Assembly (NCBI GenBank): GCA_905178155.1
Contig: CAJINV010000001.1
Location: forward strand, 12,894,635 to 12,958,634
Source: Amoebophrya sp. A120
Taxonomy: Eukaryota; Protista; Dinoflagellata
Length of the DNA stretch: 64,000 nucleotides
Reading direction: 5' to 3'
Part shown: positions 48,231-58,911 of the stretch, in pieces
Layout of the letters: each line of letters starts with the position of its first letter
Numbering within the stretch: the stretch's first letter is position 1
Position numbers and translations under genes: made by a program
The notes under the pieces: model-generated
The model's input: the letters and a program-made list of their open reading frames with translations, nothing else
Database searches by the model: none
What the model was told of the DNA's origin: nothing

Positions 48231-49233
48231 TGTTGCAGCGGCGTACGTAAAGATGTGCCTCTCCTGTCTCCCTGACTGCCGATCGAGCAGATAATTTTTG
48301 TGCAGGAGACACAAACTCGTCTCAACCACAGAGCAACGCGGTCGCCGTGGTGCTGCGGCTGTGTTCTTTGGTATAACAAGTGGAGCGCCACCACTCCATA
48401 AGCATATTAAGTCTCCCCTCACTGACCGGCTAGGGCAAGCGGTGGTCTTCTCACACAAGAAGGTCGTGATGCTGGCGCCTCTACCAACCGGTAGTTGCGA
48501 CAGGCCCGAGGACGATGTGCACCGTTGATTTCTAATCACACGATGACCACTAGATGACTGTGCTGGCGCCGAAGCTTTCAAGAATCGACCGCGTTCTTGC
48601 GCTTGGTACGACGTCGCCAATCGATGCAGCTGCGAGGTGGAGCGAGCAACCGCTGTAGCGTTTACACCACCACCTGCACGCATAAATGCTTACAACAAAT
48701 TAATTAGACTTAGTGCGTGGACATACTTGTGTTCACACGTACATCATCAGGAGCGAGCACTACGCCAAAACCAGTTTAAATTGAATTGTTGTCTCCGCCG
48801 AGGACCTGGCTATGATCAAACACCAACTTGTGATCCACCTACGACCTGGGCATGAACCTCTACCTCATACAATTACAAAGAAAAGCAAGAAATAGCTGAC
48901 ATCGAATAAACGAGAGTCACGCACCATATGTCTTCTATTTGTATCCACTGCTTGTCAACTGCACGTACACAGTTTCTGCCTGGAAACTAATGCGTTGCTG
49001 CTGCCATCCAACTACATCTTTAGCGAAACGCTTACGCTTTGGTTCAGCGGCCGCGAGGAAGCCGCCACCAACGGGGCAGAATCGATTCTGTTGCACACCA
49101 CAAACTCCAAAGGACAAAACACAGTACGAGACTTGCGCGTTATGGTGTTCAACTTTTTCGCACCCTGCTTCATAAAACAGAACTGCAGCTTCTCAGAATA
49201 ACAGACAATTATAGGAGGAGTGACGTTTCACAA

Positions 49234-50212
49234 TCATACGTCCGCACCTGGGTGAGGTTTCCGCTGGGGACCACCAGGCTCGATGAGAGGCGACCCGGAA
49301 TCAATATCACCACAGTCGAGCGGAGTAAAACCGATCGCGGATACTATCTCTGCCAATACGGCTTTTCCTGTCGCGTCCCCCACGATCTCGATTCCCTGTC
49401 GTTTCCCGTCTCGGAGCGAGGTCCAGGCCACGCTTTTGAAGCCCGAGGCCCAATGCGTTGTCGCTGCCGCATTCACTCTCGACGGCTGAGTTGTCAGGTT
49501 CGCATCGCCGTTTTCACCCATGTCGAAGCAGTCTCGATGATAAGCAACAGCGGAAGCGTAGCCATTTCGCGCCGGGTTCCCTCGTGTCCAAGCCCCGCGA
49601 CCGAAATAGGTGATGTCTATAAGCACCTTCCCCTTCCCGCGAATTGCCTTCCCCAGAAACTCTTGCTTCAGGACAACATTGACGCCATCATCCTTACTAT
49701 GCTGGGAACCAATTGAAACAAACTGCCCTTGTATGTCTCGATGCGTTTTTTATTTACACATGATGCCCACGCATCGGCCTTGTAATTCTACTATTTCTAT
49801 GAGTATGTGTATGATACTACTTCTACTTAGTGCTGTCATATCGGTTTCTTTTCGAAAAAGCACCAGCAAAGGCGTGGTACTTCTACTTCGCATTTTTGTC
49901 TTTCATTTGATAGGTTCCGATATTTGTCGGTACCGCGAGTATGAGGACCGGACACTGTTCCGCAACCTCCCGCCAATCTCCGCCAACCAATGAGACGCCA
50001 GAAGACCTCACGCCTTTTTGGATCTTCTCCGCCAGAGCTCGCCGCGAGCGGCGTCCCGCGTTTGGGAGTACACTGGGACGGGTGTCTTTGCCAGGGCGGT
50101 CCCGAGGGATGGTGGCAGCCATCATCCCTGTGCCAATGATGCCTACCGGGGACGATGAAAGCCCCACCACGGCTTTCCGAGTGTTCGCGGTACTGCTACT
50201 GCTGCCTGACAT
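49234..50212 (-). CDS. NADP oxidoreductase, F420-dependent family (Rossmann fold); one intron at ~49.70-49.92 kb
   Basis: VGIIGTGMMA, VLILAVP, GKVLIDIT, WASGFKSV, IVGD..GKAVLAEIVSAIGFTPLDCG...IEP. The intron has a degenerate inverted repeat (49698-49922) with unresolved junctions. Confidence 0.8.
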
Positions 50213-50777
50213 AATTGAGGTTTTTGAAGACGTCAAATGTCAGAAAAAACCGATTTCTGCTACTTTGAACATTGCAGTTTTGCAGAAGGAGCCGAGACCG
50301 AGTAGTTCGTCGATGGCGACCACGAACTGATATACCAGTGCTGCCACACTGGTGTGCGCCAGGGAAGGTAGTTCCATATTCCTGTGCATGCCTGTTGTTA
50401 CTTGCAGTGGTGACGATTTTTGGGAGTAGCTAATACCTGCACGCCAAGACAGTTATAGATCACTTTTCCAAGACGAGCCAGGAGGACGAGTCTGCGTACC
50501 CGACCACCACCAGTACTTTTCAGTGACCAGTAGAACATCAAACGTTCTTCTCAGATGCGCTGTTGCAGCGGCACCACTCGAATGAAAGTTATCGGGTCGA
50601 AAAAAATCAGCATGTCGCTCTATGTCAATTGTGGCAGGTCTACCTTTAGTGCGTCGCTTAGAGAAAGTTCTTCTGTCATTGCCATCGGCTTCTTTTTTTA
50701 TCTTATTCATGGTAGACGTAGACCACGAGTCGGGATCCAGCCTCGCATCTTTATTTCCCCGTCCTGTCCTTCCTGTT

Positions 50778-52991
50778 CTACTTGCCCTTGCGTCCTGCGG
50801 TTAGTGGCGGCGGAGCGCCAATTTTTCCGCTCTTTTTGGTCATGACGCAGCGAAACAGCGGACCGAACTTCATGGGTTCATCCGGCAGGAAAAAGTTGGC
50901 ACTTTCTACCTCGAGCTCGCAGTCGGCTTTGTCCTTGGCAATTTTTCGGATCCGCTCGACGACCTCTTCGTTTTCGTGCCGCGAGAGTGCGCACGTGGAA
51001 TACACGATCTTGCCGTGCTTTTTCAGGAGGAAAATCGCGGTCCACAGTAGGTGCACCTGCCGGTCCGCGTTTGCGGCCACGCTTTTCGGGCACCACCGCG
51101 CCATCTCGATCGGACTGGACAAGAGATGTCGATCGGTAGAACAGTATCAAAAGTAAAAATGTCTGGGTCTGGAAACTTGTGATGCTGGATGGCGTCTCAT
51201 GATGAGGCTACGAATACTGGCTCAGCATGACAAGTTTCTGAGCTCCTACCTAGGTGTTGCCTATTCTGCATGACAAACTGCGGCTCTGCATCACAGAAAA
51301 GCGGAGCTCTTAGGTAACGTGCATGACAGATTTAAGAGTCATGCCAGACAAGCATGACAAACATGAATTCTTCCAGACCCAGACATTTTTACAGTTGATA
51401 AACAGGGGGCGTCCACCAGGATGACGTCGAACGGTGCGAGACGGTACAACTCACAGTGGGGCGCCGTCGCGTCGAGGTTGGTCACCTTCACCAGGTTTTG
51501 CTCGAAAAGGTCCACGGGCAAAAAGCTCTGCAGGACGGATTGGAGCCGCGTGGCGCGCGTCTTCGAGAATTCGTTGCTCACCAAGAGTGGCAGGTTGCTC
51601 ATATTAGTTGTACTGGCGGTCTTGTTTTTGCTGGAACTCGACGGGGTGATCCCTGTGCCGCGGTTTGGTCCACCCGATGTGGTATTTCTTGTCGAAGTGG
51701 AAAGGATACCCGCCCGGTTGATGTTGTGGTTCGGGTTGGATTTGGAGTAGAGAGGACGATCGGGCGGGGTCGTCGGGAGATCCTCATCTTCTTGTCGTTT
51801 GCCAGTTACAGTACTTGGTGTAGTTTCGTCGTTATTAATTCGGACTCGTCCCTCATCACTTGAAGCCTTCTCAGCAGGCATTTTTTCGGTGCAAACATAC
51901 GGCGCGGTGTCGCTGTCCTCGCCACCCGCGAGTTCTTCATCTTCTTGTGCCATCGTACTAATGGTACTACCTGCAAGGTCCAGACCAAATCTCGGTGGGT
52001 TTTCCGCAAGGTCATTCTCTGGAGTTTCGTTGTCGTTGTCGTTCTGCGTCGTTCTCGAAGAAAAATAGTCGCGAAAAAGTTGCGAGGCAAGCACGAGCGA
52101 TTTGCCGCCGGGAGCTGCGCAAAGGTCCAACACCTTCTCACTTCCAGTCAGCTCCAGACCTTCGGAAGCGCACAGCGCCGACGCGCCGTCCAGGTAGTAG
52201 TGGGTAAGCACGTTGTCTGGTAACTCAAATGGCCGTCGCCTCGGAATCGCCACCACTCCACCTCGCGGTCGGTCTTCCGTACTCGGCTCGGACATGAAAA
52301 GCCTGTTTTGTTCTTGCTTTTCAGATCGGGCCGGTGTCAGGACTGGCTCTTGTTCTCCGCCGGATGTTTGATGTGCAGAAGCAGCAGCAGCTCCTGCTAT
52401 TTGTCGTGTATCCGCACCATCGTCCCCTTGACGATGGAAACTACCACCTCCTCCAGGAGGAGCCGAGGTTTCATCTTTATGTCTCTGCTCTTCAAGAAGT
52501 TCATCACCCAACACCACTTTCGTTTTCTTGAAGAAACCCGGCACGCGCGCATCCGGGAGCATCCGAAGGATTTTTTTCGGAGTGCTGATACAACTAGACG
52601 GACCACTATTTGTAGCTGCAACGCTCTTGTCCGGAAGAGCAGCACCATCGTGAGGACCTAGATGTGGGCCGCGTTCCCGCTGGCTAACTTTTTCTGCTGG
52701 GTTTGTTCCCACCTGTCTCTCTTCCGAACCGCTCGCCGTGCAGAGTTTGTCCAACACGTCGTCTTGCTCCCGTTCGCCGAGAAATGGATTCACCAAGCAG
52801 ACATGATCCGTTTTCGCGTTCAGTGCTTTTAGCAGTTTGCTCCACCGCTTCACGCCGAACTGCTTCTGATACGTCGCCTGCCAACCGCGCTCGCCTCGCA
52901 ACTGCCCGGCAACCTGGATCACGACCGGGGCTGCGGTCTTTATTTTCGTGCTTTTTTTACCACACGATGAGGCTTCTTGTTGTGCGCTCAT
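50778..52991 (-). CDS. NOL1/NOP2/Sun-family RNA m5C methyltransferase, NSUN3/NSUN4-like
   Basis: YYLDGASAL, VLDLCAAPGGKS, LVSNEFSKTR, FDVILVDAPC-STDRH (motif IV), IVYSTC (motif VI), LP...FGPLF C-terminus. Confidence 0.92.
51145..51400. mobile_element. TIR introner, family A
   Basis: TATCAAAAGTAAAAATGTCTGGGTCTGGAA...TTCCAGACCCAGACATTTTTACAGTTGATA; perfect direct repeat AACAG. Confidence 0.96.
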
Positions 52992-53985
52992 GATTGAGTC
53001 GATGAAGGTTACGAGTTTATTTCTGAAGATAGAAGGAAAAAAACGAAAACTATGAAAATCGTTCTACTTCTTGGTACAATTATGTGTACACATACACGCT
53101 TCCTGTTCCTTGCTTTGTTCCGGGTATATGGCTCTTATCCGAGGATGCTACAGCAAACTCCAAGCAAAGAAAGGCACTTCCTCGTGTCGAGGACGCCGCG
53201 CCTGTTGTTGTCTTGTTGTTGTTGTGCCACGATGCGTTGAATCACATATATTGATCTTCGTCTTCCATTTATGACTTGAACAAACAAAACCGAAGCGCAC
53301 CTAGTTCTTGCGATCATATTACCCGAAAATAGATCAAGAGCTTGGGTCTGGGCCGTATAATCAGCACACCGGTATAATTTTCAATTTCTGTCGACATTTA
53401 TCTGTTCTTTCCGGATCTCCAGGCCGAAATGATCAGCATCAAGTGGTGAACCTTCTTCTTCGACGAGACCAATCAAAGTAATTTCTCCACAATTTTTCGA
53501 GCGAATCCTTCCAATGAAACTGCACGATTCATTGACCAGTATGGTACTGCTTCAATTAGGGCGTAGGAAGGCATCCCTGCATGCGTGGAATATCACGATC
53601 AACTCGTACCTTATTTCAATTGGATTCAATTTGAGCGTGGCTCCCTCGAATATTTCCGCACGGCCAAATAAAGAGGACGAGGGATCATCGGCAGTGACAG
53701 TTTAGCGTCTAACAGAACATCGCTGAGAGGCTAGCGGTCCTCTCAATTACAACTCCAGGCCGGTGCTCGCTGCAACGAGTGCTCTTATGAAGAAGCACAA
53801 GGTAGAGTACCTATTATGGCTATGTACGGCTCTGTGGTGAGCCATGATGTCGCTTTTTGGGTTCGTCTGTGTTGTTTGTCAACACTTCTGCAACCATCTT
53901 CTTCTTGATCATGTTGATCCTTGAAGCTACGTATGGCAGTTAGTTTTTGGCAGCTTGATACGAGTGGTATTTCTCTCCCGTCACT

Positions 53986-55569
53986 TCAGGAGCCGTTTTG
54001 CGTTTCGTCGCTCAGTAGGGTGACTGTAACAATGTTGTTGACTTCGTCTTGGAGGGTGTACTCAAAGAGAAAGCGGTCGAAGCGCAAACTGCCCCTGAAA
54101 ACCGCGTCATGGTGCTTGTCGCGTTGGAAGGGGCTGCGGATATCCATGGCCAAGACCTCTTCGACTTGAGTTTGCAGCTTTTCCACCTCTGAAGCAGCAC
54201 ACTGTGCTTGTGATGCGGCCTCTGCTACTTCATGGCTCCTCGGTGAGCTAGAAGTCTTGACATGCTGTGTAAGCTGCTCGATGACGGTGTTATTCCACGT
54301 AGTTTGAAATTTTTCCACGGCGTAGCTCTCTCGTACCCAACCCGGAACCACCGCATCGTGTTTGCACTCCGTCTGCGGGAGGTACGGTTTCACGTCCACA
54401 ACGGGCGTGCCGTCGACGAGGTCCAGCCCAGAAAGCACCAGCACGCCTTTCCCAGCATCTATGCGCTCAATCCGCGCCAGCGAAAGTCCCAACGGATTCG
54501 GACGATGGGGACTGCGGCAAGCGAAAATGCCGACTTTTTTACTGCCGCGGGGAGGTAAGATCTTTGTGATCAGCCCCTGGAAAGGAGGCGGCGTTTTCCT
54601 ATTCGTGTCTCTGTCTACTTGTTCCTTCTGGCACACACCATGTTGACCAACTGCACTTTTCGCACTGTTATGAACAATCTCGTCGTCGTCGTCCCCAGCT
54701 GGACAAGCTTTTGTAACGCCGCTGCCTTTCTCACGCCGGTTGAGCAGGGCCCGGTCTTCGCGACACAGGTTTGTGTTTTTGTGGAAAATATAGGAGACCC
54801 AGAGATGGGAATACTCGGCCAGTCCGTCCAGACAGGCAGCTGCGTTCAGACAGGGCACTAGCTTGACTTCCGTCACGACTGACGGGCAAATGCCGGATTG
54901 CCGAGGCGTCCCGCAGCGCTGTAAATAGGGCGACTTTGCGTACCCGATCGGGCGAAAGAGGAACTGGTCGTCTGGTCTATCAACGGTGTCCAGTAGCCGA
55001 CCTGGCTCACTTCTCCGAATACTCCCGTCTGCAGACGGATCTTCAGCGTGAGTGTCTGCATCTACTTGCTCATTTCCTCCTTTTGGCGCCTGTCTGTTTT
55101 TCCCCTTTTGCTCCAGCAGCATCCGCTCCGCGTTGGTTCGCCCCTTGCGCTCCGCGGCCGCCTTCGCATCCGAAAGCTCAACCTGCGCGGTCAGCCGCTG
55201 CGTGGTTTGCCAGAGGTACGCGACCGCGAAAATCAGCACGAGGAACAAAATCTCCTGCACCGCGACGTTCGTTGCAAATAAAAGCGCCAGAACACCGGCA
55301 GCTACTGCTCCCATTACCCCAAGCGATGCGGTCCGGCCCGCTGACCTCTTCAATGACTGGGGATTGTTTAGCCCTTGCTGGTAAGTTGGAACAGGTTTTT
55401 GAGCTGGTCGTTGCAGGCTCATTTTTTCTACCACGGAGGTCGAGATCAGTGGAGCCTGTCGATCTGCAGTCAAATTCGGCACTGCAACATCTTGTGGTGC
55501 AGTCTCGCACGGCACAGAGGTAGAGCCGGTGCTGCTGGAGCAGGCGGCAACGCGAAGTGAAGGTGTCAT
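53986..55569 (-). CDS. TRMO: tRNA (N6-threonylcarbamoyladenosine37-N6)-methyltransferase TrmO/TsaA-like, with N-terminal hydrophobic and coiled-coil extension
   Basis: RPIGYAKSPY..CGTPRQ, LDGLAEYSHLWVSYIFHKN, VGIFACRSPHRPNPLGLS, GLDLVDGTPVVDVKPY; uninterrupted ORF. Confidence 0.93.
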   Translation of the reverse strand: MTPSLRVAACSSSTGSTSVPCETAPQDVAVPNLTADRQAPLISTSVVEKMSLQRPAQKPVPTYQQGLNNPQSLKRSAGRTASLGVMGAVAAGVLALLFATNVAVQEILFLVLIFAVAYLWQTTQRLTAQVELSDAKAAAERKGRTNAERMLLEQKGKNRQAPKGGNEQVDADTHAEDPSADGSIRRSEPGRLLDTVDRPDDQFLFRPIGYAKSPYLQRCGTPRQSGICPSVVTEVKLVPCLNAAACLDGLAEYSHLWVSYIFHKNTNLCREDRALLNRREKGSGVTKACPAGDDDDEIVHNSAKSAVGQHGVCQKEQVDRDTNRKTPPPFQGLITKILPPRGSKKVGIFACRSPHRPNPLGLSLARIERIDAGKGVLVLSGLDLVDGTPVVDVKPYLPQTECKHDAVVPGWVRESYAVEKFQTTWNNTVIEQLTQHVKTSSSPRSHEVAEAASQAQCAASEVEKLQTQVEEVLAMDIRSPFQRDKHHDAVFRGSLRFDRFLFEYTLQDEVNNIVTVTLLSDETQNGS

Positions 55570-56563
55570 TGCTACTTATTTCTCTTCTGCTACTTAACGA
55601 ACAGAAATTATTCGCAACTACTTTTCCAGCTGTCAAGTACTCAACACAACACCACGTCGAGTACCTACGGTGCAGGTGCAGCCAGAACTGACCAAAAAAT
55701 AATTCACATTTCATGCATAAATCGAAAGGGAATTTCTATGTGCTGTCGTTACTAACCATAGTACAAGCCTGAGCTAACTGTACATCAGATTCAGAAACAG
55801 TGTGATAGAAAATTAAAGTGTAGCACGGAGAAGAACCGCAAACATGAAGTCGTAGTTGGAAAAAAAATTCCTCATCCTCTCTGCAGGCAGTTCCAGCAAT
55901 GATCTGGCACTCAACACCATTGGCCAACACCAATGTTGATCAACATCTGGAGATTTCCATTTGTTCCACATGATACAGATCTTGAGTCGAGATCTTCTGG
56001 GAAATTCGCCCCCTTTTTTTCGTGCTGGTACGTTCGCGATCTTTTCTTTCTGCGTGCCATCAGATGCTTTATTTGCTTTCATGATTGGATTTCCAGCTGC
56101 ATTCGTCACTGCAATACTTATTTTCCGGCAAACATACATCAATATATAACAAGGAAACACCTACACCGTGCATAGCAAGAGTTTCAATTTCAAATTGAAA
56201 TTGATCATGATCATCATGCAACGCAGGAAGACGAAAATATTCTTGTCACTGTGAACACAAATTCTCTAGACATTGCAGCATGTTCCTGTTCGCGACCCTC
56301 GCGTGCGACTACTGCGACTACTGCCCTTCCGCAGACGACGATAAGTAGTCGAGTCGTGATGCTGCTTTTGCTGTTGTGTTAGTCTTTCAGATTTCCCAAA
56401 GCCGCCAAGATCTTTGCGCGGCGCAAATATGGATACAGGGTCGCCCTTCTTGAATCAAGAGGTGTTGATCGTTCTTGTCTGTTGTCGTCTGTGTCAAACA
56501 CTAACTGTCGGAAACATATTAGATGAAAGAGCTCCTTGACATTCATTGTCGTCGTGAAATTCC

Positions 56564-57538
56564 TCACACCCGTCGCGCCCCGGCACCAATGCCAAAGCCA
56601 TCGCGGTGGTTTTTGAGACGTGCGTTGATTTCCGCTGACGGGCGAAATAGTGCGTTGAACACGTCCGACTTCTTGTTTTTACCGTTTAATACCTCGGGTT
56701 CCTTACCCTCCGGCGCACCATGGTCCCCCCTATGTTGTGGATCTTTCTTCCGCCTTTTCGCAGCTCGGTCGTGGTCTTCGTCCTCGTCCCGCGGGCTGGG
56801 CTGCAGCTCTCCCTTCTCCTCCGCCTTGCTGCGCAGCTCCATGGCCTTGATCTTGTTGCGCACCTTCTCGGGGAGTTTCTCGAAAAGCTGCTTCGCCTCC
56901 GCCTCGTCCGGCGCCAGCGTGACTTTCTCTGTGATGTCGTCTCCGCACATTGGGCACTTGCTCGCGTTTTTGCCCGCCATCTGCTCAAATGCGTTCCAGC
57001 TACAGACGCAGCCGCAGTTCCACAACAGCACGGACCGCGTGACGCCGTCGTCCAGCTCCTTCCCCGAGAGCGGACAAAACATCTTCCCCGACCCGTTGCG
57101 CGTGTTCCCCGTGGTCTGGATGATGTCCCCGGCCACCGCTGCCTTTTCCTGCGGGTTCTTCTTCGTGGAGGACACGGACCCGCTGCTACGGCCGGACAGG
57201 TCCTTCAGCGTACGTAAATCCTTCAGCTTCTGCACGTGCGCGAAGGACTGCGGGATCTGCTTGGACAGCAGGCGGGCAATCACGTGCTCCTTGCTGAAGA
57301 GGTTCCCCATCCGGTCGGCCATCACGCCCATCTTCACCTCCAGGGGCTCGTTCGTCAAACTGCAGGTGGTCATGCGCATCCGCTTCGCCTCCTGCTTGCC
57401 CAGGGTCTCCTGCGCGAAAGCCACCACGCACGAGTGCTGCCGCCCCAGCGCCGTGTGCATGCGCCGGTTCAAAAAATCATGCCCGCGCGTCTTCACCAGG
57501 TCGCACCGGCTGTTGATGCACCCGCCGTCGCCACCCAT
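56564..57538 (-). CDS. RTF2: Replication termination factor 2 (Rtf2 RING-like)
   Basis: MGGDGG..SRCDLVK, CSLTNEPL, DRMGNLFSKE, FCPLSGKEL, CGCVCS, CPMCG; uninterrupted ORF. Confidence 0.92.
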   Translation of the reverse strand: MGGDGGCINSRCDLVKTRGHDFLNRRMHTALGRQHSCVVAFAQETLGKQEAKRMRMTTCSLTNEPLEVKMGVMADRMGNLFSKEHVIARLLSKQIPQSFAHVQKLKDLRTLKDLSGRSSGSVSSTKKNPQEKAAVAGDIIQTTGNTRNGSGKMFCPLSGKELDDGVTRSVLLWNCGCVCSWNAFEQMAGKNASKCPMCGDDITEKVTLAPDEAEAKQLFEKLPEKVRNKIKAMELRSKAEEKGELQPSPRDEDEDHDRAAKRRKKDPQHRGDHGAPEGKEPEVLNGKNKKSDVFNALFRPSAEINARLKNHRDGFGIGAGARRV

Positions 57539-58911
57539 GGCGTTAGTGTTTGAGAAAGATTCAAGAACTACTCAACGAAAACTAGAATAGCCCAGGTGGC
57601 CGCTTTTTAAGGAGCGGCTTCTTGTTCTTCCAAAAAAAAACTACTCACGTTTTACTCCTGATCGTGGTCATTACCGCTCTTTTTATTCATATTCAGATCC
57701 TGCTTTTGCTTTTGTAAGTGTTGAAAATCAAAATATTTAGACGGGTATGGGACGAAATAAGACTTGGGTATGGGGTAGGATTTGTTCAGGGTGTTTTGGG
57801 GACAATTTGGATATTCTTACACACTTACAGGGACTCTGTTGCAAAATTGACATTGAGATGGTTCGTGGTGCAAGCGGAAATCGACTTCATTTTTACGTTT
57901 TTTTCACTGAATTTCGACAATTTTCTTTTGCGAACGGGCGACAACGACCCTGTCATGGCGATTTTCATTTTCTGGTGCAACAATTTTGGATCAAATACGT
58001 CATCGGAAGCTTTCGATAATCAGGCCAAAATAAAGGATCACGTACTTAGCATTTCACCTCACCGCAACAGAGACGACCGAACTCCAACTCATCTATCCTG
58101 GTTTGGAATCTATTTATCTTTCATCAATTTAGCGAACAAGAGGAGCAAGCCCAAGCTGATATCATAATTATTTGTTCGCCTTCGTCTTGGACATGGTTTC
58201 GATCAGATGCTGCGCCACCTGTACGTCTACGTCGGACGACGAGTCGGTGTCGTTTACTTTTTTTACGTATTCATCACTATCAACATATCCAATTCATCAT
58301 AGTCACAGAGCGGCTGCAACTTCAATTGTAAAACGAAGGTCAATGTGACGACGTCGCTCTTCTTCGGATCCCAGCCACAGTAGCAGCTGCACGCTGAGTG
58401 CTTGTTTCATGCTTCTCAGTTGTAACTCCATCGTCTAACCCTACATCTACCTGCGCCCCCTCCGCCTCAGCCTTGTTCTGATTTCTGTGGTACACAAGCG
58501 CAAGCTGGAGATCTTGAAACAGGTTCGTCACAAGCGTGCAGCCACGCATCGGGCATTTTCCGGGCGACGCTCCTGCTACCCACTTCGTCCGTTTCTGAAC
58601 AAAGGCTTCGACTGCGTGCTGTTTTTGCTGCACATCCGCAAACACGCGATCCCGGTCCTCTGGTGCTGCAAGTATGAGAAGAAAAAACTTTTCATAGAGT
58701 CCGACACAGATTCAGATACGACCAGCAACTCACTCCCCCGCACATTGATTTAGTACATTGATATTTCATCATTATGTTCCTCTTCCATATACAGAAAACG
58801 CCATGATGGACGACTTCATTGTCTTTTTTCTCATCCTGATCCAAATGCTAATGCTTCCACTAGGGCGGCATGAAGACACACGGACACGACGATAATCATA
58901 TATCTTGATCG

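Noticed and set aside
49698-49922. Degenerate inverted-repeat intron as a further element+5 example
   Set aside because: The best TIR alignment needs element+4 or +7 to keep frame; junction unresolved, so it is counted as an exception and not as support.
29361-51400. Recurrent 30-bp sequence and recurring peptides (SNVKMSGSG, LPDPDIFTFD) that could suggest a CRISPR array or protein repeat
   Set aside because: Copies are dispersed inverted termini of family A elements; the peptides are read-through translations of the TIR.
50778-55569. Adjacent RNA methyltransferase genes (NSUN-like and TRMO) as a functional cluster
   Set aside because: Two neighbours only, different folds and substrates; no evidence beyond chance.
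56523-57590. 355-aa plus-strand ORF, and similar plus ORFs such as 35629..36444 and 38995..39642
   Set aside because: Antisense shadows of well-supported GC-rich minus-strand genes; no motifs.
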